Below are positions 36,552-49,821 of a stretch of 64,000 bases of DNA, one piece after another. Position numbers and translations under genes: made by a program. Below the pieces are notes generated by a model that was not told the DNA's origin, did no database searches, and worked only from the letters and a program-made list of their open reading frames with translations. The stretch's first letter is position 1; each line of letters begins with the position of its first letter. The stretch comes from Albugo candida (Eukaryota), in the NCBI GenBank assembly GCA_040437565.1, contig JBDOQK010000028.1, positions 248,001-312,000 of the forward strand, written 5' to 3'.

Positions 36552-39148
36552 TCGCTATCAGAACTTGTCATTCATATTCTGCTCTCATACAGATATTCTT
36601 TCTTACAGCTGCATCTTATAAAAAATTGCACACGAAAGCGACAATTTTTGGCATGAGTTGAGCCTGCAAAGATACCAATGTCTTTGAGCCCCGTGCAGGT
36701 CATACGGCTACCCGCTGTATCGCCGCTATGAGAGTCTTTTGCTTACGTTGGAAGTCGACCGCAATGCTATCGCAAGTGTGGGAAACGCCATCGACGTACT
36801 GTTGCATCTAGATGATGCTTACTTCCAATGGATGCCACACACCCCACTTGCCTAGGAAAATGTAGATAGACTTACGTTCAATCAAGTGTATATAATCATC
36901 AAGTAGGTATTTCGAGCGTGCTTCATAACGTTCAGTCAAATAGACGTCGTTATGAGTGATTGATTCTGAGAAGGCAAGTAAGTGACTTGCACGTCGACGA
37001 TTCCAAGCACTTCTCTCATTACATTCTTCCAAGAACTAATTCACACGTCAAATATTACCCAGCGTAAACCGTTTCTACTGAAACAACTTTGATGCTTGCT
37101 GATTAGTGGCAGTCATCTGTCGATACCGCGTGCGTTGTACACCCATACAAGTACATTGCACACATTGATTATACTATCTAACGATACGTACGTCTTCTCT
37201 GGTGCAACCATCCAATTGATTTCGGAATCCATGTCTCTCATTTGCATGCTGTGACAGATACATTTCGAATAAATTCACCTTCATTGATAGAGAGCTGGCC
37301 AGACTATTCGACAATCCTGCTTGCCTGAACTATCAGCCCCTATATCGGGAATTTATTATACGCTTCAGTCTCAATTTTAATAGACACTCCTTCAGTGTCC
37401 ACCTTGACACCTTTTATAGTTTCTTCCTCTTTCACACACATCTTCGGCTCCACGGGCTTTAGTTTGACTCCCTCTCCATAATTTGCTGCAGCTTGATTTG
37501 GTCGCCCTGATGATTATTAAAGGTGCCATCCAATTGATTTGATGCTTATATATTTTCATTCCGTTTGGTCCGTAGCTCTCTCCAAAATCTTCAGTCTTTG
37601 ACGTCAGTAGGCAAATCCAAAGCATTACACCGGGTACTTGCGCAGTTTTTCCGAGAAGATTTAGAGGTGTAGCCATACTCTATTGTATCACGACCATACA
37701 TGCACGGTCTACCAACTCCAATTTCAGTCCTTTCAAGTGTGCGCTGTCGAGAGCTGATTTCAGAAGTTTTTATTATGGAGTTGATAGAGTAGAATTACAA
37801 TCTACAAAAATGTTTAGTGGGTGATGAGCAATAGCATTTTCCGTTTCGTACTGGAGTTCCAGATCTGGACCTTTTCGTGTTGCAAATAAAACAGGCCTTG
37901 GAGATGCTTCCTGAACACATTCATTTGGGTATTTCTTGCAGCTAATTACGGATTGGTTGATTGTTCCTCCACACATGATTTTGAACATTCCAAAGTCAGT
38001 ATCGCCTTCTATTCGACTTCCTTTGGTTGTTTATTCTGATCCATTTTCACTCCAACTTACTATGGCGTATTCCTTAGAATTCAAAGCACACACCTCTCTC
38101 TTTGCATCTCCGTATTTTCCATGCGGGTGACTCGTACTTGATTCTCCAAATCTTTGCTGTAGTGAGACAATTCGCACGATCGGGTCCGCCAATTTGTAGT
38201 TTGATTCTGCTAATGCGTCGGCTACTTGCGCATTGTTATTATTCAGCAGAGCGGTCTCGCTCACTCGTGGGGCTTGTGTTTGCGGAGGAGAAGCCGGCGG
38301 AGCGAGCACATGACGTAAGCCCTCCAAAACGCTTCACATTGGCTGGCGTCAGTCCATTGCTTCATGTTATTCGAGCAGCTCATCGTTCATGAAGAAGAGA
38401 AAGGATATGTACACATTCTAAGCTGCACTAGTCTTTTAGCAGAAGCGTGTGATTCTTAGCGACCTCAACAGACGGAAACCGTTAGTCGGACCTGTTGGAG
38501 TCCAATTGTGTGGAAAGAATGCTTTCTCATGATCGGATTTAACAAAGGTGCTAGCAATCGGGTTTTTCATGAAAATTGACATTGCTCTGTCATTGTATTG
38601 AATGTATCATCTAATACAGTATCCGTAACTCAAGTAGACGTTTGCCAGCAAATTTCTCATCATTTATAGAGCGGCATGCGTCATCTAAGCGCGTTGATGT
38701 GATTAAACAGTGCAGCTAAGTTAGATGAGGCACATTCACCCATATTACACGTTCATTAGTCCAACGTATCTTGTACTCAAAATGACTACTCATGAATATT
38801 GATGTCGACTCTTTAATAGATTCGAATTGATCTACACTAGCGTCCTGATGCAAGCAAGAGTTCTTCGAATTTCTCATTTCGCCTCTTTCCTTAAACTGGG
38901 CGTGCTTACAACTTTGGTCTCGAACTTCGCGTCACTGGACGCTATGTCTCTTAGCTAGCTGATCGTTGGTATCTTTAGCACTGCAAATGACATTACAATT
39001 TTACCCACTTGGGCTTTATGACCATTTCAGCATCCGACTCGATGGAGGATGGGACCTGCAGTGAAATCACGACTTAATCATATCTCACCCAAACTCAATC
39101 AGCATATCGACGGCGATGTCGCCTTTTCTCCCCTTTTCTTGACCTTTA

Positions 39149-42100
39149 TGAACACATCATTACAGTAATGTTCACAAATTGCATTAATATCCCACATAAT
39201 GTCTTCCTTTCGACTCAATAAACGTTTCCTTTATAAAGTCTCTATTGGCTGGTCATTTTGTGCCAGCTCACTCTTGAATTGGTCAATTCCCATCTGGCTT
39301 TTCTAATTTATATCCGGGCTTTATAACGATACTAGGAATTACTATAGGAATCGGAGACGCGAATTTCCTGCTAAGAGACTCAATATAATGCTGTTCTTTT
39401 TCTTCTGTCGTATTCTTTCATCTTCGATGCTTAATACTCGGACTGCTTTGATTCTCACTAGCAAATTAACCAACGATGAACACCCGACAAACAACAGCAC
39501 AAACTCGCGACTCAAACCTGCGAATATGCTTCGCGTTGGCGGAGTGTAGCAGAGCTGCTATACCTCTTTGCCAGAGGAAGTCTATCTGCTCGAAGAGCAG
39601 TTTAGTTTATGAAGAGAACTCGACCTAACGAGTCAAGAAGCTTCAGAGCTTAAGGTCCTTTTTCAAGGAACCTAACGAATCAGGGAATCGACAACACAAA
39701 GTGCACAANNNNNNNNNNNNNNNNNNNNNNNNNNNNNNNNNNNNNNNNNNNNNNNNNNNNNNNNNNNNNNNNNNNNNNNNNNNNNNNNNNNNNNNNNNNN
39801 NNNNNNNNGATCAAAAGGATTGCATTGAGAAGCTTTCGTTGCAGCTAAGAACGATTCTATCAGAGCTGGAGGATCGAACAATCATCCTCACAAAAGTTCA
39901 AACCGAATATCAGTACGCTGTACGACTACTTGAAGAATATCAGCAACAGCTGAAGCAAGTCTCAGCCAGCAGTACTATCGTTACAAAGCACCCTGATACC
40001 AACATTGATTCACCAAACTTATGTAAGAAGCTTTGCAAAGCACTACGACTAGAAAATGACGAAGTACATCGCAAAGCGGATGGATTGCGCGCAACCGTTG
40101 AGCTTGTTCGAGTGATCCAACGCCCTGTACGGGTCTGCTCGTTTCTCGCTGAGGGTGCAATGCCACTGATCTCGGAAATCTCAAAGATGCATATCTGATG
40201 ATGCTTTATTAACGGTCGACGCTTCACGCTCCATGCAACCTGGGAGCTAACATCTGTACCTGATTGCATTTATCTCGCTGTAAAGTTATATGTTCCATAC
40301 TGCCAAGTAACAGCACGGCTGTCGGCTTCAACGCTAGCTCTGCATGCCGAATGGTAGCTGTGGTTGTGAAATACCTGTGCCAGGAACCGGTGATCTATTT
40401 GAGCAAGACCGAACTCAGAATGAGTGGGGATACACTTAAGCCTACGCTTAATGCTGAGCTATGGAGAGAGGAAAAGCGAAAGATCTTAACATCTCTTTTC
40501 AAACATTGCTACGTAGCCGGACGACTCGAGAAGAAACGGGATGTAAGCGCAGCTATCTCGACGCCATCACCGATCTCATGGAAGTCCAACCTAGCTTCAC
40601 CGAGTAGCTGGTATGCATGATGTCAAGCCTGGTGACTGCGTTGCCGAAATTGGTCTGATTGTATGAATGGAGTCACTCTAGCAGTATTATCCAAGTCTAA
40701 GGCGCCTGCACCGTGAAAAGATATCAAATTCATCAATTTACCGGCGTCTCCGCGGTAGTGAAAGCTTCGAAACAGGAAGGTGGATAGCACAGACCGCATT
40801 CCACCAAACCGAGCTTATGCCTGAACTTCTTAAGTGGCAATGCAGCGTAAATAGTTGTTTTTAAGTATCTAGATGACGTAGTGCTGCTTGTGTTGGGACA
40901 CACGTGAAAGCTGAAGGAAGTGACAGTTGCCGTAGCTTTCCATGTCAATATGTCTACCTCTTCTCGGCTCCGTGACACTAAAGCTGTAACACGCCATAGG
41001 CTTAGTGTCGAGGTCAAAGGTATCGTACACAATGTGTCGAGGTCAAAGGTATCGTACACAATGTGTCGATGCCTATATGACGCTTTGAAGTCGATTTTTC
41101 ACGTACTGCATATCCACCCAAGTCTCGTCCAGCTATCCAGCGGAACCGTTGCTGTAGGTTAATTACAAATGACNNNNNNNNNNNNNNNNNNNNNNNNNNN
41201 NNNNNNNNNNNNNNNNNNNNNNNNNNNNNNNNNNNNNNNNNNNNNNNNNNNNNNNNNNNNNNNNNNNNNNNNNGTGTCGAGGTCAAAGGTATCGTACACA
41301 ATGTGTCGAGGTCAAAGGTATCGTACACAATGTGTCGATGCCTATATGACGCTTTGAAGTCGATTTTTCACGTACTGCATATCCACCCAAGTCTCGTCCA
41401 GCTATCCAGCGGAACCGTTGCTGTAGGTTAATTACAAATGACGACTACATCTGGTCTGATGCGAGATCCTGTCAGTTCAAATGTTAACAACATCTCTGAC
41501 TCGTTCTCGATCCTTATCACGGTAATCGCTGCCTCGTAACACGTTTCTAGCTTGTCCTCTGTGCTCACGGCTGTAGGTTGGCTCTCTGTAGCTACGTTGG
41601 GGACGGTCCTTCGAATGAACTATTCTTACAAATGCGGGCGTATATAGTAGCTTCAATGAGGTGACCTAAACGATGGGCTGTATAGGGGCAGACTCATCTG
41701 AGATAAGATGGTATATGATCCATTTATTCGAGATTTAACGCGTCTTTTTACCTTCTTGCTACCTACTGTGTCGTTAGCACAGTTCTGCTTCATATTGTTG
41801 GCGGCATTTAGAAGGGGAAAGCCGAGAGGGGTGAGTCTCAGTCGAGAGAAGCTGCTCTAATCTCTCTTCATGAGAGTAGCTCGCAAAATAGGGGAATAGG
41901 TAGCCGTCCAAACAGTCTTGACTTGGTGATGTTAACTCCGTCCGCGCTCTGTAGATATAATGCGCACATATCGAAGACCTAAAATCGGTCCCTAACGTTC
42001 TTCATCGGCAAAAGAGGTGCCGGGGAAAGAGTGTACGGTCCTCGTCACTGATATCTCCATGCAATTCTCTGAATACCCCGCTGATAAGGTGGACGGTGCC

Positions 42101-44238
42101 ACTGGCTATATTAATTACGTTTCTCAGGGAGTAGAAGTAAAGTCTGCTAGATGAGTCTGTGCATCGCATCTATACAGACCTTACGCGGTGCTTTTTTGGG
42201 TATTTAGGGGGTCTCTAATATGGTGGACATCTAGAAAATATTTACGTCTGCACGCTGATCGAAGCATTTTGATGCTCTCAAATAGTCACCGCATATAACA
42301 GCGTGACGAGCATGGAAAGATCAGCGATGTCCATTCCACGTATACCGCAAGATAAATTTGCTTCTCAGTAGCAGGGCAACTGGTGAGCGAGAAGTGACTT
42401 AGTGGTGTGGAATCTCTCAAAGCAATTGGGTGCAATTGCACTTGGCGTTTGTCAAGCGCCTAACTCCAGGCTGCGCTACAAGGAGAACTTGCGGAGCTCA
42501 TTCACTGCGGCTCTTATGTTCTATGTCTCGTTGATCGCTATATATACTCTCACAGCTATTCTTAGTCGATTGCTGTACATCGAGTAAGCTCGCTTTAAGG
42601 CGTCTGTATTGCTAAGTGAATTCTCTAGATGCCTAGGCAATTTTATATAACAGATATAAAGATAAAACGCATTTCGTAAAATACCTGTGTGAGATGATAA
42701 CATGTCCTCTCACTGATACTCCTGTATTGTGGTAACTTCAAGCCACAACAATAGTAGAGTCTGGCCGTGTGAATGATGTAAAATTGTCCAGAACTACCAG
42801 CCAAAAGAGGTGGCCATTCAACCAGAACTAAGATCGGAGATGCACTTGCATTTTTACTTACCTGCGTCGGACCCGCAGCAATGTTCGTCGACTCCTGATA
42901 AATCCACCAAATGATTCTTTCGTTGCGAGTTGATCCAGAGCCGTTGCAAACCGCATTATTGCTGAACGGCAAGTACTAAGTAATACTAGGATCGGACTTG
43001 CACTTACACTCTTCTTACCGGTATCAACCGGCACCGACTGTCTATCATCGCGGAGAGAATCCATCGACAATGGAACACGACGAGATTTTGTTGGCAATCT
43101 AATTGGAAAAAGAATTCTAATCAATTAAAAAGAATATTAGCTCTTCCTACTTCCTACATTGATTGTTTGTTTTTTCGATACCATAGGTTGGTGTATCTGA
43201 CGCTGCAAGTGCTCAACTGTTGCGCGCAATCCATCCGCTTTGCGATGTACTTCGTCATTTTCTAGTCGTAGTGCTTTGCAAAGCTTCTTACATAAGTTTG
43301 GTGAATCAATGTTGGTATCAGGGTGCTTTGTAACGATAGTACTGCTGGCTGAGACTTGCTTCAGCTGTTGCTGATATTCTTCAAGTAGTCGTACAGCGTA
43401 CTGATATTCGGTTTGAACTTTTGTGAGGATGATTGTTCGATCCTCCAGCTCTGATAGAATCGTTCTTAGCTGCAACGAAAGCTTCTCAATGCAATCCTTT
43501 TGATCNNNNNNNNNNNNNNNNNNNNNNNNNNNNNNNNNNNNNNNNNNNNNNNNNNNNNNNNNNNNNNNNNNNNNNNNNNNNNNNNNNNNNNNNNNNNNNN
43601 NNNNNATATCAATTCCGTAAATAGGAGTTCCCCTTTTGATCTGTCAGAGACACGTGCCTTGTCAAGGCGTCTCAGATCTTGTGCACTTTGTGTTGTCGAT
43701 TCCCTGATTCGTTAGGTTCCTTGAAAAAGGACCTTAAGCTCTGAAGCTTCTTGACTCGTTAGGTCGAGTTCTCTTCATAAACTAAACTGCTCTTCGAGCA
43801 GATAGACTTCCTCTGGCAAAGAGGTATAGCAGCTCTGCTACACTCCGCCAACGCGAAGCATATTCGCAGGTTTGAGTCGCGAGTTTGTGCTGTTGTTTGT
43901 CGGGTGTTCATCGTTGGTTAATTTGCTAGTGAGAATCAAAGCAGTCCGAGTATTAAGCATCGAAGATGAAAGAATACGACAGAAGAAAAAGAACAGCATT
44001 ATATTGAGTCTCTTAGCAGGAAATTCGCGTCTCCGATTCCTATAGTAATTCCTAGTATCGTTATAAAGCCCGGATATAAATTAGAAAAGCCAGATGGGAA
44101 TTGACCAATTCAAGAGTGAGCTGGCACAAAATGACCAGCCAATAGAGACTTTATAAAGGAAACGTTTATTGAGTCGAAAGGAAGACATTATGTGGGATAT
44201 TAATGCAATTTGTGAACATTACTGTAATGACGTGTTCA
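39149..44238. repeat. Large inverted repeat: arms about 39149-40103 and 43211-44238, spacer about 3.1 kb
   Basis: TGAACACATCATTACAGT..GCAACCGTTGAGC on the left matches the reverse complement of the right arm almost base for base. Both arms carry the same coiled-coil ORF fragment (LQLRTILSELEDRTIILTKVQTEYQY..) on opposite strands. Confidence 0.9.
41005..41069 (+). repeat. 29-bp tandem repeat, about 2.2 copies
   Basis: GTGTCGAGGTCAAAGGTATCGTACACAAT x2 plus GTGTCGA. Seen again after the gap at 41274 because of the contig overlap. Confidence 0.9.
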
Positions 44239-46370
44239 AGCGTTTATTACTGAACAGTACTGGATCAAGTGCGTCCCTAAAGAAAAGGAAACAGCAATAG
44301 TGCGCTCGATGAGCCCCAATTGACGGTCATCGATGACGTATAACGTTGAAGCATCTCAATCGCTGAACGCAAGCTTTTTGAACAGCTGCATCAATCTGAT
44401 TTCTCGTTACGACAAAACGCCGCGCTGAGAAGTAGAGAAGCTCGTACACACTTCGATGGTACAGTTATCTGCTCCAAAAACTATTTACGTTCTCATGTTC
44501 AGACGCTTCACCTTGACTGCGACTTTGTGTTCACCAGTATACATGATCCGCACTGCAATATACCTCTTTCCCCTTTGAGACGCTTCCAAATACTCCTTTT
44601 TCCGTCATTTCAGGCGGTAACATACGTCATGCGCCCATGGCGCAGCCCACACTGCACGCTCAACATCTTTCCTTTGGAGAAGGCAGTTTGATGCTCCTCT
44701 ACGATCCATGTTCACGAAGTAGTGCGGTATCCCGACCAAGCGCGACTTGTATTCGATCACGCACTTATCCGAGTGAGACTCAAGTGCGTGTAGCGTGCTG
44801 GTTTTGCGTGTCTTTATCACTATACCCTCCCTCCCTTTGTAATCCACATTCGATGCTATATTGCTTTCAAGTCGATCTAAGTCACAATGTACTAATCGAT
44901 GGTCAGTATCTAGTGCAAGTATGTAACAGCATGCTAGTACCTCCCGTTTCCAACGGCCATCGCATTTGCTGTACTTGGTAAAGTACGCTTTCCAGGAGCA
45001 TGTACGAAGACGCGGTTAGGAAGCTGCATTTCGAGTCTATTTCTTCTGTATTCAAAGTATTAGTAAGTATCCGCGAACACTGCAGTTTACTTGAAAGAAA
45101 AAGAAAAGAAACGAAAACAATTTTTTTTGTAGACTCCTACGTTAACAATTGTCTATACTATACATGTCACTAAAGAACGATAAGATCCTACTATTACTCA
45201 AACCTGTCATTTGAATAGGTCTTCTAATTTATCATAGCATAGAAACTCGAACGTGCGTTCGATGGTGCTAGAGTGGTGATCTGGCAACTCATGGACCCAG
45301 CATGAACGAGCTCTACTAGTACTTTAGATCACTTGTTTCACTGATTCAAACATGCTGATAGGGGGCGCAAATAAAATGTACATACCAGCTCATTCAGTAG
45401 ACTCACTTCAAAAAACTAGCAATAATAAAGTGATTATTTATGCTTTCTAAGGTCTTAATTTGGAGCGTCATCTTGGACTTGATCGCATTCTTTCCCATAC
45501 CAGATCTCTACAAGTCCGCATGATGTATAACTAACTACACGCTACATCAATGTAGAAAAATGGTACACAAAGTGAGTATAAAGATACTGGTTTAAAAGGC
45601 TATGAAGCGGTTGCATTGAAGCAATTTTTGCAATGTTTTGTCCATCTCGAGCGTTCATGATGCTTTACTGTGAATGGAATATGTGTATCCCAGCCGCAAG
45701 ATGTGAATAACAATTAGGCACCATAGTTCGAGCACAAAGCTGACTTTCATGGAGCTGGAATCATCGCGTACCCCAGAGAAAACATGAGTGCAAGTGGGTT
45801 CAAAACATCATCTTCGTACTATAAGGATTCGAATAAAGGCAAGTGTCGTCAGCATAAACTATAGCGATACTCAAGAACACATGAAGACATAAAATATCAC
45901 GATTGCGGATCCAAAATGTGTTTTGGCAGTTTTCGCAAACGCTGGGGCTTTTCAGGATAGGCGAAGAGTACTTTGAAGCAATGCGCGAAGATTAGCTTTG
46001 GGTGGTTACAGCGGCAAGTAGGACAATCGGTAGCTGCAACTCAATAACACTATTCTAATCTGAAGGCTCGCCACTATTAGACTGCTTTTGCAATAAATTA
46101 AAACATTATGGCTACAACTGCAAGCTTCTTTCGATGAACAAATTCCGACCTTTGCCAATAGATTTCACATAAAATTGTAAATAATGATTAATATAACGAA
46201 GTACAGTACTCTTCACAATCATGTCCACCACACTGCGCTGAACAGCTAGTACTAGGTAATACTAGGATCGGACTTGCACTTACACTCTTCTTACCGGTAT
46301 CAACCGGCTATCATCACGGAGAGAATGCATCGACAATGGAACACGACGGCATTTTTTTGCAATCTAACTA
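42972..46370 (+). repeat. Dispersed ~130-bp direct repeat (copies at about 42972-43105 and 46248-46370)
   Basis: Shared TAATACTAGGATCGGACTTGCACTTACACTCTTCTTACCGGTATCAACCGG..ATCGACAATGGAACACGACG, with small indels and substitutions between copies. Confidence 0.85.
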
Positions 46371-46770
46371 GAGGAAGAGGTAATCGTAATACTGCCGTCG
46401 AAATAACGAGCGTTCGCACCAAACGCGGTGTGAATCACGGGAAGCGTTGCAATAGTCGGAGTAGCTGATGGCTGATCGAACAAACGACGATTTCGATAGA
46501 TTCAAAAGAAGTGCAGCGTGGCGCTTGCAATGCAATTCATAAATTGGATATAGTTTGCCGATACTCCTTCCAATCCAACAGTATCATAGCACAATTGCAG
46601 CATGCAATATGCGCCCAGCGTGAACAATATAAGAGAGCGGGAGAATTTCCAGCCGTGCTTGTACCGTCCACTGCATTCACAAAAAGTATGTGTGAGCATT
46701 GTATAATGCTTCGTGATAAAAAAAATCCGGCTCCAGAATAATTGACACATGCCTCGGTCCATCAATATCA

Positions 46771-46815
46771 TTTGAAGTGCGTACTGTGATTTGAAGTGCG
46801 TACTGTGATTTGAAG
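46771..46815 (+). repeat. 19-bp tandem repeat, about 2.4 copies
   Basis: TTTGAAGTGCGTACTGTGA x2 plus TTTGAAG. Confidence 0.85.
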
Positions 46816-47699
46816 AAAAGGTAAAGAAGAAAGTGTTTATAATGTTGAGGTATCGCTCAAACCCTAATTCTCATAGTCAATAATGGAAATGGCAATGACT
46901 GATATCAAGCGCCACTTCCTCATTAATTTATTGGCAAGCCGATACGACTTTTTTCGAAATGGAAAAATAATCCCGTAGAGCAAGGGCAATATGGTATTGG
47001 CTAAAAGGTGTGCATTCTTGCCGTCAACATCCAAGCTTCCCATAAGAAGTTTTTCTGTCAATAAGGTGAAGCCAGAGGGAATAGATTATTAGATAGACAA
47101 TAACCATTCCCATCATTTGTTGTAACTAGAGAACGAGCTTTTGTATGAAGTGACTAGGTAACAAAAATCATTTTGCTATAACGAAGATTAGGTCAGCCTG
47201 TCGCCTATTATTTCTGATGAGTATGGTGCAACTCCCCTAAAATCAACAATTTTTTGACCAAGTTCAAAGTCTATCAGGCACCTGGATTGGAATGTTTTTC
47301 TCAATTTTCCTTGCACCGAAGGATATCTTATATAGTGCTCAACATTTCCTTGCAAGCAGATTGTGCATATTTATTTTTCCATGGTGCTGATACGCCTGAA
47401 AGTTTCAGCCTTTTTCCATGTTTTCCTAAGATCGGCAGGATTTCAAACACCCCGTGCAAAAGGTTGTACGTTGTGCAAAATCTTTTTCGTGACTGGAATG
47501 AAAGGACATAAGGCAGGCATAGGATTGAAACAAAAGATCAATGTCTATGTACAGATTTGGCCAGGGATGAGAGGAAATAGGGCATGGGAGGTATAGAATT
47601 AAATAAGGAATGGCGATGTACATGGGCAGAGTCATAGCAAAATCCAGAAAAAACGCTCAAACATCTGGGAACACATCGACATACCTGCAGAAATCAATC

Positions 47700-49821
47700 G
47701 TTGATGCGTAGCATCTGTGCGATTTCATATTAAGTCTATCCCGCTCAGCCTTCTTCGCCTCAACGCGTCCTCGCCTTTGCTATACATTTCAATGTATCGG
47801 GGATACCAGGGAGTCTCTCCCAAAGCGATGCGAGATTATAATTACATTGGTTTCGCGCTGCTCTCTTGGCGCTACCCAGTACCTCTCGATGAAGCTGCAC
47901 TCACAGTGGAATTTGGGGTAATATTCAACAATGTGTCCTGCCTTTTTACCTCTCCAGGGCTTACTATTGTTCAGCAAACCGGGCTGGGCCATCAAGGCAT
48001 GGCTCCAGCAGCAGTCATTTGATGGATACATTGCCGTGGAATGGCAATTCAGATTCCAGTTCACGCTGGGAGGATGCCCGATCTCTCTTTCCTTCAGCAC
48101 CTGTGAGAGATTAGCGTTAGTGGTGAGATCGCATCAGTGAGATTTTGAAAGCACATAAAGGAAACCTTACCATTTCGATGCCTTGAAATAAATCTGTCAA
48201 TTGTGTGTAAACCACGTGGATTGCCAATTTCCTGGTAATCCATGATGTACCATCCATCATCATACTGGTATGTTTTCTCCTTCTTGGGCTTAAAAGTCAT
48301 CCTGCCAGACACCAGATCGTTGAGAGCAAACGCCTGAAGGTTGGAGGATTGGTCGTAAGAGAGCAATCCTAGGAAAGAAAAAATCAATCTTCACTTCCAA
48401 CTAGAAATGTGAAACGAGAAATTTGTTTAAAAACTCACCAATACATCCTTGATGAAGAATGTTCAACATGGAAATGGCCTTCTCCTTGAGTTACCTCACC
48501 ATGTCTTCACTTTTCCACCTACCAACTCTGTTCTTGTCCGCCTTGATGATCTCTCTGGCTGATTGAGAAGTGAGCCCATTCTCCCTCGCTTGCTGATGAG
48601 TGACTTTCTTGGGCACGGGCACACAAAGTCACTGGTCATGATTGACCCTCCTATTCCTTTCTTCCTAATCCAAACTGCCTTCTTCTACCCAGAACTCCTC
48701 TCTTCCATTGTTGCTGTAGAAGGTGAACTCATCATGCGTCGCCTGTACATGCTTGTTGTTCCACACTTCCACCTTGTCCTCCACCAACACATCCATCTCC
48801 TCTCCAGTCCACTCATCCATCCTCTTTTTGTACTCAATCATCCTCTTTGACCAACCCTCTCTATACTTCAACACATCCTCCCTCTCATGATCGTCCATAT
48901 ACAGCTGATATTCTGCTATTTCTCTCCCAGGAGCTTTGGGAAAAGGCTGTTTTAAATTTCCTCCTCCTCATCCGTTCCAGGTACTCCCTCTTGGTATCAA
49001 GGTCTGCCAGGATCTCTCTCCTTTTTGAATGTCGGCCTTGGTGGTGAGTTGGAAGGACTTTCCTGTCCAAGTACCGATCTGCCCAAAACCCAACGTTCCT
49101 GCAGGACCAGTCTGATGTCTTTTGCAGTTTGCCGTTGTCTACAGCAGCTGACGATTCCATCTTCCTCATGCCTAGGTATCAGCGTCCTTCCAGATTCTGG
49201 AGGATGGCCATAAGTCTTGAAACAAGATAAGGTGGGAAATTTCCCCAGCTTTATGGTTCAGTACGTCTTTCAGCCCTTCCTTCAAATCGTTGATTACCTC
49301 TTCCATCCTATCTTCTTCTTCTCCCTCTTCTCCCTGCTGCTCACTACTCTCATCTTCCGATGTAGTGGACAGATCCTCTCTTCTGATTGCTGATGGCCGC
49401 TGACCTGCTGGTTCAAAGTAGATGTCCAGCCTCTGCAGGTTATTCTCCTTGACATACTTCTCCCTCCTCCACTTACTAGTCCTTGAGTTCTCTGCCAACG
49501 TATGTCAAGAGTTGAAGGGAAAAGAATTTTTTGACAAAAGAAGCCAGCTCACTTTTATAGGTAGAAGATCTCTTCTTCTTCCCCTTCTCCAGCTGAGCTA
49601 TGTTTGTTTCCAGCCAGTCTTCTTCCTCTTCTCCTCTCCCTCCAGTCTGACATGAGGCACTGACAGTCGACATCCTCTGCTGCCTCCACCTCTTCCTGCC
49701 GTTGCTTCTGTGCCTGAATCTGCCTCTTCTTGCTGCTGGCTGGGTGCAAGTTGGCTAATAGGGCCAGCCTTCTTTTTTGGGGAGGAGCCATTGGCTTTGG
49801 TCTGAGAGGCGGAGAAGACAT
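47700..49821 (-). mobile_element. Degenerate IS630/Tc1/mariner-superfamily DDE transposase gene (frameshifted relic)
   Basis: Fragments in order on the minus strand: NSRTSKWRR, WADRYL..LPTHHQGRHSK, MDDHEREDVLKYRE, THDEFTFYSN, GSIMTSDFVCPC, YDQSSNLQAFA..LVSGRM, GHIVEYYPKFHCECSFIERYW. These give the D, D and E catalytic-motif regions. Multiple frameshifts; TIRs not identified. Confidence 0.8.

Noticed and set aside
41005..41340. Repeated 29-bp unit resembling a CRISPR repeat
   Set aside because: The copies are directly adjacent with no spacers, the second pair is a gap-overlap duplicate, the context is eukaryotic, and there are no cas genes.
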